The position numbers and the translations under genes are program-made. Shown here piece by piece: positions 28,876-39,435 of a stretch of 64,000 nucleotides of DNA. Under the pieces are notes generated by a model. It ran no database searches and was not told the DNA's origin. It worked only from the letters and a program-made list of their open reading frames with translations. Position 1 is the first letter of the stretch; each line of letters begins with the position of its first letter. The DNA is from an uncultured delta proteobacterium (GTDB lineage Bacteria > Desulfobacterota > Binatia > UBA9968). The DNA lies in assembly GCA_963816145.1 (NCBI GenBank), contig CAWFJP010000014.1, positions 544,001 through 608,000 on the forward strand, given 5' to 3'.

Positions 28876-29688
28876 TTAGATGGTGAATGGTTTCTGTGCT
28901 TCGTAGCTCGGATTCGCAGCACCGATGAAATAGTAATTCGGCGTCTGACTCGACGGCATTAGGGAGACGATCTTATCACGCAGCTTGCGGTAATTGTTGT
29001 TGAACTTGCCGCCCTTCCAGACTTTCTTGAGCGTGCCGGTGAAGGCGCCGTTCTTTTCGCCGTCCATGGAAGTTTGGTTATCCATGCAGCCCGAGATGAG
29101 CAAAACGCTGGCGCCGACTTTGGCTTTTTCCGTGCCGCGGGTGCGATTCTGAATGCCTCGATAAAGCGCGCGATTGGCATTCTCGACTTTGATGCCGACG
29201 GCGCGCGGCATGGCGCGGGGCCGCGGACCCTTGCCCATGAATGACGGAATCTCTTTGACTACCGTGCCGCTGTGACAACTGTCGGATAGCACCAGGATGC
29301 GCACTCCCGCCTTGAACTTGGACCAAAGAGCGTAAACCTCGTCATCGACCAACTGACGATCGAAGAGCACCCAGGTCTCGTCCATGCGATCGTTATCTTT
29401 CTCGTCACCGTTGGTGTCGCGCACCTGGCCGCCATGGCCGGAATAGGTGAGCAGAAAAATATCGCCCTTGGAAAGTTTCTTTGATGCATCGAGGATCGCC
29501 GCGCTGACCGCCTCGGCGGTTGCTTGACCGTCGAGTAATAGCGTGTTGCCGACAAAGCCGCGCTTTTTAGCCAGAGCGCGCATGTCCCTGGCGTCGGCGA
29601 TGCAGGCGTTAAGCTCGCCGTCCCAACCCTGGTAATGTTTGGGGTCGACATGATTCAGACCGATATGCAGTGAAATACCTTTCGCCAT
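28876..29688 (-). CDS. Caspase/metacaspase (peptidase C14)
   Basis: YSGHGGQ and SDSCHSGT catalytic His/Cys motifs; SGC.D.Q.S, NGAFT and QTPN. Confidence 0.92.
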   Translation of the reverse strand: MAKGISLHIGLNHVDPKHYQGWDGELNACIADARDMRALAKKRGFVGNTLLLDGQATAEAVSAAILDASKKLSKGDIFLLTYSGHGGQVRDTNGDEKDNDRMDETWVLFDRQLVDDEVYALWSKFKAGVRILVLSDSCHSGTVVKEIPSFMGKGPRPRAMPRAVGIKVENANRALYRGIQNRTRGTEKAKVGASVLLISGCMDNQTSMDGEKNGAFTGTLKKVWKGGKFNNNYRKLRDKIVSLMPSSQTPNYYFIGAANPSYEAQKPFTI

Positions 29689-29830
29689 GAAAGCCTCCTC
29701 AAAAAATCGTTCGTGTAATGACTCGAACTGTAGAGGCGTGGCGATCCTGCTGTCAAGAAAATTTTGCCTTGAAGACGGTCTTCTTTTTTAGCATTGGCAA
29801 ACATTTCCGCTTTTCGCCGAAATCTTCACA

Positions 29831-30796
29831 TCACGGCTTCCATCCCTGCTTGTTGAGAAATTGCTCGGCTTGGATTGCGTAGCTGAAGTCGTAGGCGCGC
29901 TTGATGGGGACGACTTCGTTGACATCGGCGACTTGGGCGACGATGGCGAGGTCGTTTCTTTGACTCTGTTCGTCGACGTAGCCGTTTTTCGTGAAGGTGC
30001 CCACCAGGTCATCGTACATGCGCGTCGACAAAGTTTTATCGAGCTCGCTGAACTTCGAGATTGCCGCGATGGTGCTGTCGCGTTCCTGGCGCGCGACGCG
30101 CAAGCCTTTGACCACGGCGCGGACGAAGCCGGCGAGCTGTTTCGGCTGTTCCTTGATGAATTTCTCGGAGGTGGCGAAGGTGCCCCAGGAGTTTTTCACT
30201 TCTTTGCCGATGAAGAGGAGATCGCGCATGCCTTGGTCGAGCGCGGCGTAGCGCTCCTCCGGGCTGACGATGGCGGCGTCGACCGCGCCGGACAGGAGCG
30301 ACGGCAGGCGATTCACCGGTCCCGGATCGATCAGCACGATGTCTTTGGGGATGTTTTGCTTGGTCAGAATATTGCGAAACATGTAGGCGGCGATGGACGC
30401 GACGCCGGTGGTGGCGACTTTCTTGCCGCTCAAGTCGCGCAGCGTCTTGATATTGGGGCGCGCGACGATCCACTGCAAGACTTGATCGTTGAAGGCAAGC
30501 ACGGTGCGCAGTGGTGCATTGCCTTTGGAGATGGCAACCAGCGCGCTGCTGCCGGAGCCGGAGAACTGCACGGCATTGGCAATCAACGCTTGCAAGCCCG
30601 GGGCGTTTTGCATGTAGACGAGCTTTAGCTCCAATCCTTCCTCTTTCATGTAGCCGCGATCCTGAGCGATGACCAGCGGGACATACTGGAATGCTTTCGA
30701 GGTCAACGCTGCGGTGACGCTGTCCAAGGCATTGGCCGCGGTGATCGATGCCAGCAAATACGTTAAAAACGCAGCTGAGACCACTTTCTTCGTCAT
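29831..30796 (-). CDS. NitT/TauT-type substrate-binding protein
   Basis: Signal peptide, IAQDRGYMKEEGLE, L.GKKVA, SGAVDAA. Confidence 0.88.
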   Translation of the reverse strand: MTKKVVSAAFLTYLLASITAANALDSVTAALTSKAFQYVPLVIAQDRGYMKEEGLELKLVYMQNAPGLQALIANAVQFSGSGSSALVAISKGNAPLRTVLAFNDQVLQWIVARPNIKTLRDLSGKKVATTGVASIAAYMFRNILTKQNIPKDIVLIDPGPVNRLPSLLSGAVDAAIVSPEERYAALDQGMRDLLFIGKEVKNSWGTFATSEKFIKEQPKQLAGFVRAVVKGLRVARQERDSTIAAISKFSELDKTLSTRMYDDLVGTFTKNGYVDEQSQRNDLAIVAQVADVNEVVPIKRAYDFSYAIQAEQFLNKQGWKP

Positions 30797-30932
30797 AATT
30801 GTAATCCTCCGGCGCGACCATCGCGCGATGTAATCAAACCAATTCTTTATGTCTCAAGTAGGGGCGCTACTCAAGAGTGGTCCGTCAAGATTAAACTTCA
30901 TCGCTCCGGACAGATATGGTATTCTTGGCAGC

Positions 30933-31568
30933 ATGATGAAACTAAGCTTCGCTTTGTTACTTGTGGCTGCTGCGTTCTCGGGTTGTTCCACGCCCAACGT
31001 TAGTCGGAGCGGCACACTCTTATCCGGTCTGACGCAGTATCAGGGCGATATGCAGGCGATCAACAGCTCGTCGCGTTGGCCTGAACGACAGCGCTCCGCT
31101 GGGACGCTCAAGACCGTCATCCTCGGCACGGTTGGCGCGTCACCTGAGTTCTACCGCCTGGTGGATCTCGACCTGCGCAAGCGCGAGTTTATCGCCACCA
31201 TGCGCGACACCAATGTCCGTCCTGACCGGCTGCGCGAAATGCAGGACGAGCTGGTCGCCATGGATGAAGAAATCGCCGCGCTCAAACCGGTAGTGAAAAC
31301 TCAGCTCACGGCGGTGGCGAGGCATGAGCTGGGCAACCCCATCGAAAATGCCGCGACGCTTGGACTGCTCGGCATGGCCGTCGACAGTTTTTCTGCCGGC
31401 GGCGGACCCCGCGGTCCGGATGCCCCGTCGGCTCGCGTGGGTCAGTTTCTGGTCACCGACTTGGGCACGTTCTCAACCGTGCGCACGCCGGAGGGACAAT
31501 CCTATCGCTGCAATGTGTTCAGCGTACCCGAGGAGGGCGGCGGGATTACCTGTCAGCCGTTGCGGTAG
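30933..31568 (+). CDS. Hypothetical lipoprotein
   Basis: MMKLSFALLLVAAAFSGC lipobox; coiled-coil middle. Confidence 0.7.
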   Translation: MMKLSFALLLVAAAFSGCSTPNVSRSGTLLSGLTQYQGDMQAINSSSRWPERQRSAGTLKTVILGTVGASPEFYRLVDLDLRKREFIATMRDTNVRPDRLREMQDELVAMDEEIAALKPVVKTQLTAVARHELGNPIENAATLGLLGMAVDSFSAGGGPRGPDAPSARVGQFLVTDLGTFSTVRTPEGQSYRCNVFSVPEEGGGITCQPLR

Positions 31569-31727
31569 AATGGAGAATGAGAATGGAGAATGGAGAATGG
31601 AGAATGGAGAATGGAGAATGGAGAATGGAGAATGGAGAATGGAGAATGGAGAATGGAGAATGGAGAATGGAGAATGGAGAATGGAGAATGGAGAATGGAG
31701 AATGGAGAATGGAGAATGGAGAATGGA
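31567..31727 (+). repeat. (GGAGAAT)n heptamer tandem repeat, ~23 units
   Basis: Directly visible; one unit lacks a G; short degenerate relative at 40521-40550. Confidence 0.97.
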
Positions 31728-31751
31728 TTCAGTTTCGATGCATGATTTGCC

Positions 31752-33107
31752 TTAAACATCCAGTGATGTGATCGATTGCACGAGTTCGGACTCCGACATT
31801 TCACCGAGTTTCCACCAGGTTTCTAACACTTCTTTGGTTTTATCTTTACCGTAAACCGGCTCAACCGTTCTTGAAAATTTGTTTCTGACATCTTCGTCGC
31901 CCATCGGTTTGTTTGGGTGGCCGAGCGGGTCGCGCGGCCAGAGTTCGGTGACGTGGCCGTCGTTTCCAGTTGCTTTGATCTTCATCGAAATGGTCTTGGG
32001 GTAGATGGCGTCGACTTGGTGATCGAGGTAGACGCGGATTTTGCTCATTAGCGGGCGCAGCGACGGATCGCGGTAGGCCGATTCTTCGAACGCGGCGACC
32101 GAGATGGTGCCGTCGACCAAGACTTTGGCAAAGATGTAGGGCAGGCTGTGATCGGCGGTCTCGCGGGTCTTGGGGTCCCACTTTTCCGGTTCGCTGCCGA
32201 TCTCGGTGTAGCAGAAAGTGTAGACGCCGATCTCGATGTCGCGCAGCTCCTGCCATTTCACTTTCTCGCGCAGCTCGAGCGCGCCCCACACCGGCAATTG
32301 CCCGTTGTATTCCACCGGCCAGTATTTCAAGCGCGTTACCGGCGCTTGATACGGGCCCCCTTCGGTGGGCAAGGGCGTGAGTTGAAAAGGCCCGGTGATC
32401 AGATCCCACAGGCCATGTTTGCCCTCGAAAGGCTTATCGGCGCCGGTCATGCCTTCGCCGGCGAGCAGGGCGGCGAACATGCCATTGCGCGCGGCGTAGG
32501 CGGTGGCGACGCCTTTCCACAACGATAGTTCCCCGGCGCGGGTGTTGCGCATGGGGACATTGGCGACTGCGATGATAGCGATGGCTTCAGCCAATTGCTC
32601 ACGCGTCAGGTTCAGTAGATGACCGACACCGGCGGCAACGCCGATGCCGACGGCGAAACCCTGATCCCAACCTTTATAGCGCAAATGGGTGGCGTCGCTC
32701 AGACGCAGAAACAGCTCATAGGCGATGACCAAACTCTCGATGAGTTGCTTGCCGTCGGCTTGCGCTGACTCGGCGATGGCTAAGAATGCGCCCAGACAAT
32801 CGCTCGGATGGCCGCCGGGATATTCGTCGTTGAAATCCAGATTGCGGATCATTGCAGTATTTACAAATGCGGCCGTCTCGGCGGTCGACATTACCCCATG
32901 GCAAATAATCCGCCCGGGATACTTGAGCGGCGCGGCGCCGCGCGCCAGCCGTAGTCCCATCTGCGCCGGTTCGCAGTCATGTGCGGCGATGGCGCAGGCG
33001 AGACTATCGACCATGAAGCGGGTTGCCGCGGCAACGACGTCGTGGGGCAGCTGAGCGAATTTTAACTCGTAAGCGAAGTTGGCGATCTGGCATGTGAGAT
33101 TGTCCAT
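31752..33107 (-). CDS. MmgE/PrpD family protein
   Basis: RNLDFND, GHPSD, R.GELSLWKG, ETADHSLPY, P.GHP. Confidence 0.93.
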   Translation of the reverse strand: MDNLTCQIANFAYELKFAQLPHDVVAAATRFMVDSLACAIAAHDCEPAQMGLRLARGAAPLKYPGRIICHGVMSTAETAAFVNTAMIRNLDFNDEYPGGHPSDCLGAFLAIAESAQADGKQLIESLVIAYELFLRLSDATHLRYKGWDQGFAVGIGVAAGVGHLLNLTREQLAEAIAIIAVANVPMRNTRAGELSLWKGVATAYAARNGMFAALLAGEGMTGADKPFEGKHGLWDLITGPFQLTPLPTEGGPYQAPVTRLKYWPVEYNGQLPVWGALELREKVKWQELRDIEIGVYTFCYTEIGSEPEKWDPKTRETADHSLPYIFAKVLVDGTISVAAFEESAYRDPSLRPLMSKIRVYLDHQVDAIYPKTISMKIKATGNDGHVTELWPRDPLGHPNKPMGDEDVRNKFSRTVEPVYGKDKTKEVLETWWKLGEMSESELVQSITSLDV

Positions 33108-33178
33108 GAGTTGTTGCTCTCTTTGTGTCGACGGCTATTGGCCCTGCGGGCAATGCAGAATCTCTGAGAGAGACTACT

Positions 33179-33258
33179 CACCACGAAGGCACGAAGGACA
33201 CGAAGGGTTCGGATAATTAAAGCTCCTAACTTCGTGCTCTTCGTGTCCTTCGTGGTGA
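33179..33258. repeat. Inverted pair of CACGAA 9-mer periodic repeats
   Basis: caccacgaaggcacgaaggacacgaagg...ttcgtgctcttcgtgtccttcgtggtg; relatives at 43283-43345, 1868-1895, 45828-45855 and 53682-53712. Confidence 0.75.
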
Positions 33259-33307
33259 AAAAGAGTTTTCTCAGTTTGGCGAAGCGTGTTGTGATTGCTA
33301 ATGCACG

Positions 33308-34417
33308 CTACTTCAGTAACTCATTGGCCAGTTTGATCGCCTTGGGCCAGAGTTGGGTGAGCACTTCTTCGCTCGAGTTTTCCCGTTTTTGATTTTCCTC
33401 GAAACTTAAAAAATCCTTCGATGCCCTGGTGCCAAACTCCGTGAGCCATTTGGTGTCGACATCGAGCCGGCGCGTCGCTTGGCCCATCGCCTTGCCGTAG
33501 GTCTCTTGGCCTTCTTTGCTGAGCAGCCAATTGACGAATACTTTGGTGGCGTTGGGGTGGCTGGAGTTTTTCACCACCGACAAGGCACCGCTGCCGCTGC
33601 TCGTGTAGCTGCCTTCTTTGGCTTCGGGCAGCGGCTTGATCGGCAGGTTGGCTTTAATGAACGGCGCCAGCGTGTAATAGGTGAGGCCGATGGTGATGGC
33701 GAAGCGCCCCTTCGCGAGGCCCTCTCCGAGCAGCCGTTGTTCACGGGAGAGCGTCATCTCCTGGGTTGCCAGCTTGCGCAAAAATTCTTCGCCCTTGACC
33801 TTGTAGAAAAACGCCCAGCTCGAAGTGCCGCCGCCGGCGGTACGCGGATCGAGGATGGCGATCTTGCCTTTCCACTTGGGATTGAGCAGGTCATCGAACC
33901 CGCGATATTCGTCGGCCTTTACGAGCTGGGTGTTGTGCCAAAAATTTTCCGACTGGTAGGCCTGGAACGAATAGAGGTGTTTTTTCGCGTTGTCGGCCCA
34001 GACATGGCCGCCGTACCAACGTTTAGGATCTCTCACTTCGGGCAGCATCCATAAGGGTTCGATGGGTTCGAGGATGCCGGCATTCAATAAATTCAAAGGC
34101 GTCAACGAGCCGCTGATCAATACGTCGAAGTAGCGCACGCCGGCGGCATGCTCGGCGGCGATCTTGCTGGCGTTGGCCGGACCGCGGCCGGTGGCAAGCT
34201 CGATGTCGATGGCGGGATAACGCTTGCTGAATGTATCGTCCAGTGCTTTGCGCAGCTCGGCGCTCGCGGGAATGCCGGCGACGACTTTGCCTTCCTTGTT
34301 GGCGGCTTCGACGGTCTTTTCCCATTCCGATTGGGCGCGCGCGCTCAATATCGGTATTAGCAGACTGCCCAGTAGTGCAAGTATTAGATGGGGTTTTAGC
34401 ATTTGTGTCACGCGCAC
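33308..34417 (-). CDS. Extracellular solute-binding protein (iron/thiamine-type)
   Basis: WEKTVEAANKEGKV, DLLNPKWKGKI...DPR, HPNATKVFVNWLLSKEGQ. Confidence 0.9.
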   Translation of the reverse strand: MRVTQMLKPHLILALLGSLLIPILSARAQSEWEKTVEAANKEGKVVAGIPASAELRKALDDTFSKRYPAIDIELATGRGPANASKIAAEHAAGVRYFDVLISGSLTPLNLLNAGILEPIEPLWMLPEVRDPKRWYGGHVWADNAKKHLYSFQAYQSENFWHNTQLVKADEYRGFDDLLNPKWKGKIAILDPRTAGGGTSSWAFFYKVKGEEFLRKLATQEMTLSREQRLLGEGLAKGRFAITIGLTYYTLAPFIKANLPIKPLPEAKEGSYTSSGSGALSVVKNSSHPNATKVFVNWLLSKEGQETYGKAMGQATRRLDVDTKWLTEFGTRASKDFLSFEENQKRENSSEEVLTQLWPKAIKLANELLK

Positions 34418-34545
34418 GCTGGTTCAAGGTTCAAAAGTTCAAGGTCGGAGGGGAGGAGGATGTCCGAACTTTGAACCATTGAACCCTTCGGCATACTCAG
34501 GGCAGGCTCTTGAACTTTTGAACGGTCTTCAAATAACGCGGAGCG

Positions 34546-35659
34546 TTATTTGAAGACATCTTCGGCAATCTTCGTCGCAGCCGCCCAGTATTTGCCGACG
34601 GTTTCCTCGCCGTAGTTTTCCAAGCGGTTGTTTTCTTCGACGGTCAGGATAATCTTTGGAAGCGCGCACGCCGTGGGCGGCCATCCATTTGGTATCGACA
34701 TCGAGGCGTCGGGTGGCTTGCCCCATCGCCTTGCCGTAGATCTCTTGACCTTCTTTGCTGAACAGCCAGTTGACGAAAACTTTGGTCGCGTTGGGATGCG
34801 GCGAGTTCTTAACGATCGAGGTGGCGCTGCTGCCGCAGCTGGTGTAGGTGCCTTCTTTCATGTCGGGCAGCGGTTTGACCGGCAGGCCGGCCTTCAAGAA
34901 CGGTGCAAATGTGTAGTAGGTGAGTCCGATGGTGATGGCAACCTTGCCCTTGGCCAAGCTGTCGGCGAGCTGGCGCTGATCGCGCGATAGAAACATATCT
35001 TGCGCCGCGAGTTTTCTCAGCCACTCTTCGCCTTTGGTTTTCAGAAAAAATGCCCAGGTCGCCGTGCCAGCGCCGGGGCTGCGCGGGTCGAGGATGCCGA
35101 TCTTGCCTTTGAATTTGGGCAACAGCAGGTCGTCGTAGGAGCGGGCCTCTTCGGGCTTCATCATAGTCGCGTTGTGCCAGATGTTTTCCGACTGATAGAC
35201 CTGAAAGGCGTAGATATATTTCTTGGCGTTGTCGAGCCAGACATGGCCGCCGAACCAGCGCGCCGGGTCGCGAACTTCCGGCAGCATAAGCAGCGGTTCT
35301 ATGGGTTCGAGGATCCCCGCTTTGAGCAAATTGAACGGCGTCGATGTGCCGCTGATCAATAGATCGAAGTAACGCACGCCGGCAGCATGTTCGGCGGCGA
35401 TCTTGCCGGCATTGCTTGGGCCACGCGATGCGCTCAGGTCGAGCTCGATGCCGGGATATTGCTTGGGAAATACTTCGGTGATCGCCCTGCGCAACTCGGC
35501 GCTGGCGGGAATCGCCGCCACCAGCTTGCCTTCCTTTTTGGCGGCTTCGACGGTCCTGTCCCACTCGGAGGATGTCGATCTAACCTCGCCGGTGAAAACC
35601 CGAGGCGCGGAGAGCGCCAAGATCGACAAGATTAGAATCCACAGGCGAAGTATTTTCAT
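34546..35659 (-). CDS. Extracellular solute-binding protein (tandem paralog, C-terminal frameshift)
   Basis: Closely similar to 33308-34417; the alternative frame ends ...AEDVFK* at 34546. Confidence 0.88.
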
Positions 35660-35949
35660 AATCGCTCCTCAATGCGCGAGACCCGTGATCGGCAACCGTT
35701 GAAACCGTTCCAATCTGACGTGGCAGCGCGCTACTGTCAAGGAAGTCATTAAACCAGAGCTAATTCTTTGCACTGCGAAAAAACTAGATCCAACTGACTG
35801 ATCAGGGGACAACTAAGATTCTTTCTGAAACCCAGCCCCGCGACCGCGCAATGATAGAATTGATTTCAAAATATCCCAATGGCCGGATCTTTGATCGGTC
35901 GGCCGCCATGAATAGAAATGTCGCAGAGAGAGTGGGATCGTGTCGAGCA

Positions 35950-36642
35950 CTAACCGTTTCGAAACAATTCTCTCGGCCAGATCGATAACGCTCTGCGATT
36001 GAATCCATACACTACAGAGAGAACAAAGAAGGAAAATAATACAAGCGCAAAAGCCGTCTGACCCGCTCCTGCGTAGTCCAAAGCCTGAACCTTATCGTAG
36101 ATATCGATCGAAATTGTTCGGGTCACGCCTTCGATGTTGCCACCGACCATCAGCACTACGCCGAATTCGCCAAGAGTGTGGGCGAAACTTAGTACAACTG
36201 CCGTGATGATCCCCTCCACTGAGAGCGGCAGGGTGATGCGAAGGACGGTCGCAAGACGTGACGCGCCGCAGGTCCAAGACGCCTCGATTAACCGTGTATC
36301 CAGTGCTCGGAAGGCGACAGTGAGCGGCTGAACGGCAAACGGGAAACTGTAAAGGACGGACGCAACCACTAACCCTTCAAAACTAAATGCCAACCGGTGA
36401 CCCAGCAGCGTCTCGTACGTCTGTCCGAATAGACTATATGGACCGGTAGCGACCAGGATGTAATACCCCAAAACGGTCGGTGGCAGTATTAGCGGTAGCG
36501 CGAAAGTAGTCTCAACCAAAAATTTCCAGCGTCGCTGGCGCGCAAAAACAAGCCAATAGGACACCGGCGTAGCCATGACCAGCAGAATCAGAGTCGTCAA
36601 GCCGGCCAATTTGATCGTCGTTTGAATAGCAACCCAATTCAC
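35950..36642 (-). CDS. modB: Molybdate ABC transporter permease
   Basis: LPLILPPTVLGYY, FAHTLGEFGVVLMVGGNIEGVTRT. Confidence 0.95.
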   Translation of the reverse strand: MNWVAIQTTIKLAGLTTLILLVMATPVSYWLVFARQRRWKFLVETTFALPLILPPTVLGYYILVATGPYSLFGQTYETLLGHRLAFSFEGLVVASVLYSFPFAVQPLTVAFRALDTRLIEASWTCGASRLATVLRITLPLSVEGIITAVVLSFAHTLGEFGVVLMVGGNIEGVTRTISIDIYDKVQALDYAGAGQTAFALVLFSFFVLSVVYGFNRRALSIWPRELFRNG

Positions 36643-37442
36643 TTCTCTGCCGCCTTGTCGATTTGATTAGGCAAGACAAACCCATAGCGTCTGAGTATTG
36701 CTTGCCCCGCAGGGGCTTTAACCCAACTGTAGAAACTACGCACCGCGTCGAGATTTCTTTTCGTTTGTGCGGCCTTTAGAATCACCGCCCCCTGTTCAAT
36801 GCGAGGATAGGCGTCCGGAGGGATTTCCCAAAATCTCCCTGTTTGTTTTACTGTCGGCGCAACTGCGAGCGAAAGGGCGATGATTCCGATATCGGCGCTG
36901 CCGGATTGAACGAATTGCGCTGTCTGAGAAATGTTCTCGCCCAGGACGAATTTGTGCTTCACCTGTTCGTAGATACCGAAATGTTTAAGGGCTGCCACCG
37001 CCGCACGGCCGTAGGGTGCATGCTCTGGATTGGCAATCGCCAATTTCTGAGTGGACGAATGGAGGAGGGCTTTAATTTTCAACTCTTCAACGCCGATCGG
37101 TGAACCGTTCGGCACCCAAATAACGATCCGGCCCAGCGCATACATGAACAGCGTGCCTGCCACGGTAAGATTGGCCTCGTCGAGTTTGCGGGGATAATCG
37201 ATATCCGCCGAAAAGAACAGTTCAAAAGGTGCGCCGTTGGCGATTTGAGAGTAGAAATTTCCAGAAGAGCCCAATGAAAGCTTGATGGAGTTCCCGGTTT
37301 TCTTTTCGTAATCCAATGCGATTTCCTTTATCGCGAAATTCAAATCGGCCGCTGCTGCGACCAGCACGTCTGCAGCCTTCACTGGCAAATACCAGCCCAA
37401 AACCAAAAGCAGCATTAAGACAGGGGCCGATCTCTTTGGCAT
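36639..37442 (-). CDS. modA: Molybdate ABC transporter substrate-binding protein
   Basis: VAAAADL, GSSG..Y.QI.NGAPF..F.SAD, IANP.HAPYG.AA, GENISQ. Confidence 0.95.
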   Translation of the reverse strand: MPKRSAPVLMLLLVLGWYLPVKAADVLVAAAADLNFAIKEIALDYEKKTGNSIKLSLGSSGNFYSQIANGAPFELFFSADIDYPRKLDEANLTVAGTLFMYALGRIVIWVPNGSPIGVEELKIKALLHSSTQKLAIANPEHAPYGRAAVAALKHFGIYEQVKHKFVLGENISQTAQFVQSGSADIGIIALSLAVAPTVKQTGRFWEIPPDAYPRIEQGAVILKAAQTKRNLDAVRSFYSWVKAPAGQAILRRYGFVLPNQIDKAAEK

Positions 37443-37467
37443 GATTCACCCTTCGTTCGTGTCACGG

Positions 37468-38616
37468 TTAACGCTGATTCCGGTCCACGACTTTGCCGAT
37501 CTCTCGGGTATCGTAACCTCCGAGCGCTTCCAGTTCCTGTCTGAACGGCTTGCTGACCATCATATCGAGCAAAACTCGCAGGCCGCTCAACGATTCGTAG
37601 TAGTCTTTCGGAATCACCAAATCGTAGCGTTCCCGCTGCAATGGCACGAAGTCCAAGCCGCAGATCGCCGCGACGGATCGGATACCGATGCCCGCGTCGG
37701 CGAGACCCGCTTTGATTCTCGACGCTACGTCCAAGTGGGACAAGACTTCATTGCTGATAGCCTTTGACGCGATTGGGTTTGATTCCTCTTCGCGGACGTT
37801 GTATCGAGGAGACGGCGTGCGCCCTAGCCTTTTTCACGGTTGACGATTCTGACCAGGGCTTGGCAAGATCGCCGGTGGCGCGGATCTTTTCTGGTCGCCT
37901 TGGCGGACGATGAAGCCTTCTTCCCAGTGGGCGAACGTAACGACGATGCATTCCATGTCGCCTAGACTGGCCTTGAGGTTCGGAAGCTCCCACGCGCCTT
38001 TATGTTCATCAGCCAAGTGGATGCCGGCGATGCGGAACCTCGCCGCGCCTTGAGAGCACCGAGCGCCATACTGCTGCCCATCACGCAGGGAACCAGGTTG
38101 TCCGGGACGTGCCTGCGCATATGCTCCGCCGCCAAGAACATTGCCGGATCGCAGCCGCCGACGACAATTTTTCGCCGCACGGCTTCACGGTCTTTGAGCA
38201 ACTTCACTTGAACCTGGTGGCTTCGCCGGTTCGCCTCGACGATAAGACCGTCCGCTGTTGCGCTTAAGCTTGCCAGTTCGCCCAGGTTCCAGCGGACGGA
38301 CCAAAATGCGGCGACCGATTTGAATCACCTGAGCCCGCGCCGGACGGTTTCCTTGCGGCATAGCGCCGAGCAGTTCGCCCTCAAGAATCTCGCCGCCTTG
38401 TTTGAGGCTAAACAAATCTTCGACGCGGCAATTGAGCGCGCGTGCGAGTTGGAGCGCAACCGAGGTGGCGGGGGAATACTGATCGGACTCCAGCGCGCTG
38501 ACCGCCTGGCGCGTGATTCCGGCAAGATCTGCCAGTTGCTTTTGTGAGAGCGCCAGCGCTTGTCGTTTTTCGTGCAAGCGGTTTTCGATCGAGATATGAG
38601 GGTTCTCAGTTTTCAT
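37468..38616 (-). CDS. XRE-HTH + PBP_like (molybdate-binding) regulator (multiple frameshifts)
   Basis: SQKQLADLAGITRQAVSALE...PAT.VAL.LA..L...VEDLF; VGGCDPA; SHLDVA..I..G.ADAG...GLDFVPL..ERYDL. Confidence 0.8.
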
Positions 38617-38787
38617 GCCACCTTAGACAGAATAGCTACCATTATGTCCGCTATCATGTACCAAGCATTACTGTCGAGCCAGACCTGGAATCAGGTTCTG
38701 CTCGTCGTGATTATGCAGTATCGCGCTGCGATGCAGCCTGCGCGGAAGATTAGATGGTTTTCGATTTCGGATTATCGCGCGTTTGAT

Positions 38788-38961
38788 CGAGTGTGCCCAC
38801 CCAAAAGTTCGTTACATAATTCATCCGTCATTCCGGCAAGCTGGCGATAGCTAGCGCGACCCGGAATCCAGGAAAATCGCCAACCTGGATGCCGGCTTCT
38901 CCGGCATGAACGTATGAGGCCGTCTGATCTTGTTTTGCGAACTTATGGAGCAGGACACTAG
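38788..38961. repeat. MITE/REPIN-like element with imperfect terminal inverted repeats
   Basis: CGAGTGTGCC..CCAAAAGTTCG at left vs CGAACTTATGG..GGACACTAG at right; internal GTCATTCCGGC..CCGGAATCCAG / CTGGATGCCGG..CCGGCATGA REP pair. Confidence 0.6.
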
Positions 38962-39129
38962 CTCGATGCTACCCGTCCAGTGTCACAGGTTCGCGGAGTG
39001 ATCTGGGCTGAATTAATTTGCACTCCGGTGGCTTCAGAGCTCGCGGACAGGTTCATTTGGTACAGGAGGCTTTTAATCGCTGGAAAATGACCGTTGCGAC
39101 TGAGAATGACAGTAAGAAAACGAGATGTT

Positions 39130-39393
39130 TTATCCCCGCGTCGCATTCACCCCGCCGGGCTTTTTGAACCGGCGCGAGTGGCGGCTCCAGTCGCAGCCGC
39201 AGTCGTTGCAGTACCACTCGCTCATGCCTTCCCATTCTTCGCGGTCGGCGGCGACGACTAGGCCCGTGTCGATTTTACGCTGGAGAGCCGGAGTGACGAT
39301 GCCGTGGATGACCGGCACCGCAGTGAGCGAGCCGCATTCGGGGCAGGGCGGCGCTGGTTTGATGGCTTTTGTTTTGGTCGATTTCCTTGCCAT
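39130..39393 (-). CDS. Small CxxC...CxxC (zinc-ribbon-like) protein
   Basis: CPECG and WYCNDCG. Confidence 0.65.
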   Translation of the reverse strand: MARKSTKTKAIKPAPPCPECGSLTAVPVIHGIVTPALQRKIDTGLVVAADREEWEGMSEWYCNDCGCDWSRHSRRFKKPGGVNATRG

Positions 39394-39435
39394 TGCGAAG
39401 CGCCGGTCGTTAGCAGGCCCTTCCCCTATTTGCAG

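Noticed and set aside
31567-31727. Possible CRISPR array, or MENGEWR/FSILHSP repeat proteins
   Set aside because: Pure 7-bp tandem repeat with no spacers and no cas genes; the repetitive ORFs are by-products of a stop-free repeat
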